NCBI GenBank assembly: GCA_965217895.1
Contig: CBDCJV010000002.1
Span: 1,664,001 to 1,728,000, forward strand
From: Waterburya sp.
GTDB taxonomy: Bacteria > Cyanobacteriota > Cyanobacteriia > Cyanobacteriales > Xenococcaceae
DNA length: 64,000 nt
Direction of reading: 5' to 3'
Positions within the stretch are counted from its first letter, which is position 1. Each line of letters begins with the position of its first letter. The notes beneath the pieces were generated by a model. That model saw only the letters and a list, made by a program, of their open reading frames with translations, searched no databases and was not told the origin of the DNA. Shown one piece after another: positions 62,063-64,000 of this stretch. The position numbers and the translations under genes are program-made.

Positions 62063-63835
62063 TTATTGTTCCCCAAGCCACCCAGTTAAATTTTGTTGCT
62101 GTATTTCTGTCAAGTTACTTTTAACTGCTACTTCATAACGGCTAGGTTGGGATTCACTTAAGGTAACGGGCAAAGTTTTAAGTTGATCTTGATGAAAAAC
62201 TGTAATTTCGATTGTATCTTTAACCTGATAGTCTTTTAACCGTTCATTAAGAGATTCAGCAGTAACTTTAGTTCCGTCGATCGCTAATAGTTCATCATCA
62301 GCATCAATTCCCGCTTTGCTTGCAGGAGATTCGGCAGCAACAAATTTAATTACTTCTCTATTATTCTCCGACTGTACCCTGATTCCCATGTAAGGCGTGT
62401 CTGATTCGGTAATAGTTTTCAAGTATAAACCAAAGGGTTCAAAGTAGTCATCAAAAGGTACTTCTTCTGTGGTTTCGATATAGCGAAAGAAAAAATCATC
62501 TAGGTTTGTCTCGGCAACTTCGGCTATCATTTCTCTTAACTGAGTTTCACTAAAGCCTATTTCATCCTGTCCAAAACGCTGCCACATTAGCTGCATCACA
62601 TTATCAAGCGATCGCCTATTATTATGTTTAGCTCGAATTATTAGATCTAGCAGCAGGGAAACAAATTGCCCTTTGAGGTAATAGGAAATCTGATTATTAT
62701 CGCTATTGGCATCACGGCGATAAAGCTTAATCCAGGCATCATAGCTAGACTCTCCCAAGGGCTGCACTTTACGTCCAGGGGTATTAAGATATTTGGTAAG
62801 ATCTTTACTCAGGTTTTTTAAACAGGTTTGACGATTATATATTCCTGCCCGTAGAGGAATTAAAAAATCGTAATAGCTAGTTGTTCCCTCGCAAAACCAC
62901 AGAGAAATAGTGTAGTTTTCTCCTTCGTAATCAAATACTTCTAAAGCTTTGGGGCGGATGCGCTTTACGTTCCACAAATGGAAAAATTCGTGGGCGACTA
63001 ACTGCATAAAACGTTCGTATTTCTCGCGATCGCGAAACCCAAATCGAGGATAATTTAAAGTACAGCTATCTTTATGTTCTAAACCTCCGTAGCCACTTCC
63101 TGAGAGGTGTAGCAGAAACAAATACTGTTCATAAGGTAAACCGCCAAACATCTCGGCTTCAACCTCAATTACTTTCTTAGTATCGGCAATTATTTGTTCA
63201 GGGTTGGCGTTACCTTCACTCCAAATAGCTAAAGAATGAGGCTTATCTAACACCTCAAAACTATATACCTGCTGTGTCCCCACTTCTACGGGAGTATCAA
63301 CCAACGTATCAAAATTTGGAGCAACAAAAGTATTGGTTTCTCCTTCTACCTTGGGCAAGGTTGTCGTCACCTGCCAATCTGACTGTGGAGTTATAATTTT
63401 GACTGTAATTGGCTGTTGTTCTAATCCAGGCACATAAAAGAACAAGGCTGCACCATTAAAATAGCCATGAGTAGCATCTAAATGATTAGTGCGTACCGTT
63501 AAATCATTGGCAAAGATACGGTAGCTAACTATTATTTCCGAACAGTCTTGTGTTGCTACCTGCCAATGATTTTTACTGATTTTTTGGCAAGTTAAATTCT
63601 GTTTGTTGCTATCTTGCGCCACAAAATCTTGTACGTGTCTAGCATATTCTCTTACTAAATAAGAACCAGGAGTCCAGACTGGCATTTTGAGATCCAAGCT
63701 TGTTGACTGCCAATTTTTTACTTGTAAGCTGACTTCAAATAGGTGGGAAGCAGGTTGAGACATGGCAACTTGATAAAACAAGGTTGCTTTTTTTTGAGTA
63801 GGTTGTGGCTGACGAGTAGCCGTGGCTTCAGTCAT
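62063..63835 (-). CDS. M61 glycyl aminopeptidase with PDZ domain
   Basis: PVWTPGSY, GGLEH, HEFFHLWN, C-terminal PDZ. Confidence 0.93.
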   Translation of the reverse strand: MTEATATRQPQPTQKKATLFYQVAMSQPASHLFEVSLQVKNWQSTSLDLKMPVWTPGSYLVREYARHVQDFVAQDSNKQNLTCQKISKNHWQVATQDCSEIIVSYRIFANDLTVRTNHLDATHGYFNGAALFFYVPGLEQQPITVKIITPQSDWQVTTTLPKVEGETNTFVAPNFDTLVDTPVEVGTQQVYSFEVLDKPHSLAIWSEGNANPEQIIADTKKVIEVEAEMFGGLPYEQYLFLLHLSGSGYGGLEHKDSCTLNYPRFGFRDREKYERFMQLVAHEFFHLWNVKRIRPKALEVFDYEGENYTISLWFCEGTTSYYDFLIPLRAGIYNRQTCLKNLSKDLTKYLNTPGRKVQPLGESSYDAWIKLYRRDANSDNNQISYYLKGQFVSLLLDLIIRAKHNNRRSLDNVMQLMWQRFGQDEIGFSETQLREMIAEVAETNLDDFFFRYIETTEEVPFDDYFEPFGLYLKTITESDTPYMGIRVQSENNREVIKFVAAESPASKAGIDADDELLAIDGTKVTAESLNERLKDYQVKDTIEITVFHQDQLKTLPVTLSESQPSRYEVAVKSNLTEIQQQNLTGWLGEQ

Positions 63836-64000
63836 TAAGCTTTCTTTTGGTAGACAAAATCAAATACAGATAGGAATGCAAGTCTATATTTTATCTATAT
63901 CTTGTAGATTGCCCAAACTAAACAACGTATCAAATTCAAATTATGGATGCCGTTGCTTTATAAGTTACGTAACTATGCTATAAATATTAAGGATTATGAA

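Overview
Cyanobacterial chromosomal segment: AT-rich, HIP1 GCGATCGC throughout, ycf46/ycf35, NblB-like and SLH-porin genes; possibly Pleurocapsales, which is an inference. Housekeeping genes (tpiA, fbaB, proB, trehalase, rpsN, cobO, mlaE, radC, pyrR, pyrC, ppk2, ilvE) alternate with decayed accessory patches at about 1-9 kb, 27.5-30.3 kb and 50.7-53.5 kb. These hold pseudogene shards, ISKra4 and ISAs1 remnants, MITEs and several toxin-antitoxin modules. There is also a MarR/EmrA/2xEmrB/TetR efflux cluster. The most striking signal is a set of tiny (22-51 nt) GC-rich stem-loop insertion elements. Their sequences diverge but their lengths and pairing are conserved, with compensatory changes. The 42-51-nt units have lengths divisible by 3, insert in-frame into protein genes, nest inside each other and build up 300-360-nt hairpin mosaics. 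No CRISPR array, rRNA or tRNA was recognised. All calls are by eye; no database searches were run.
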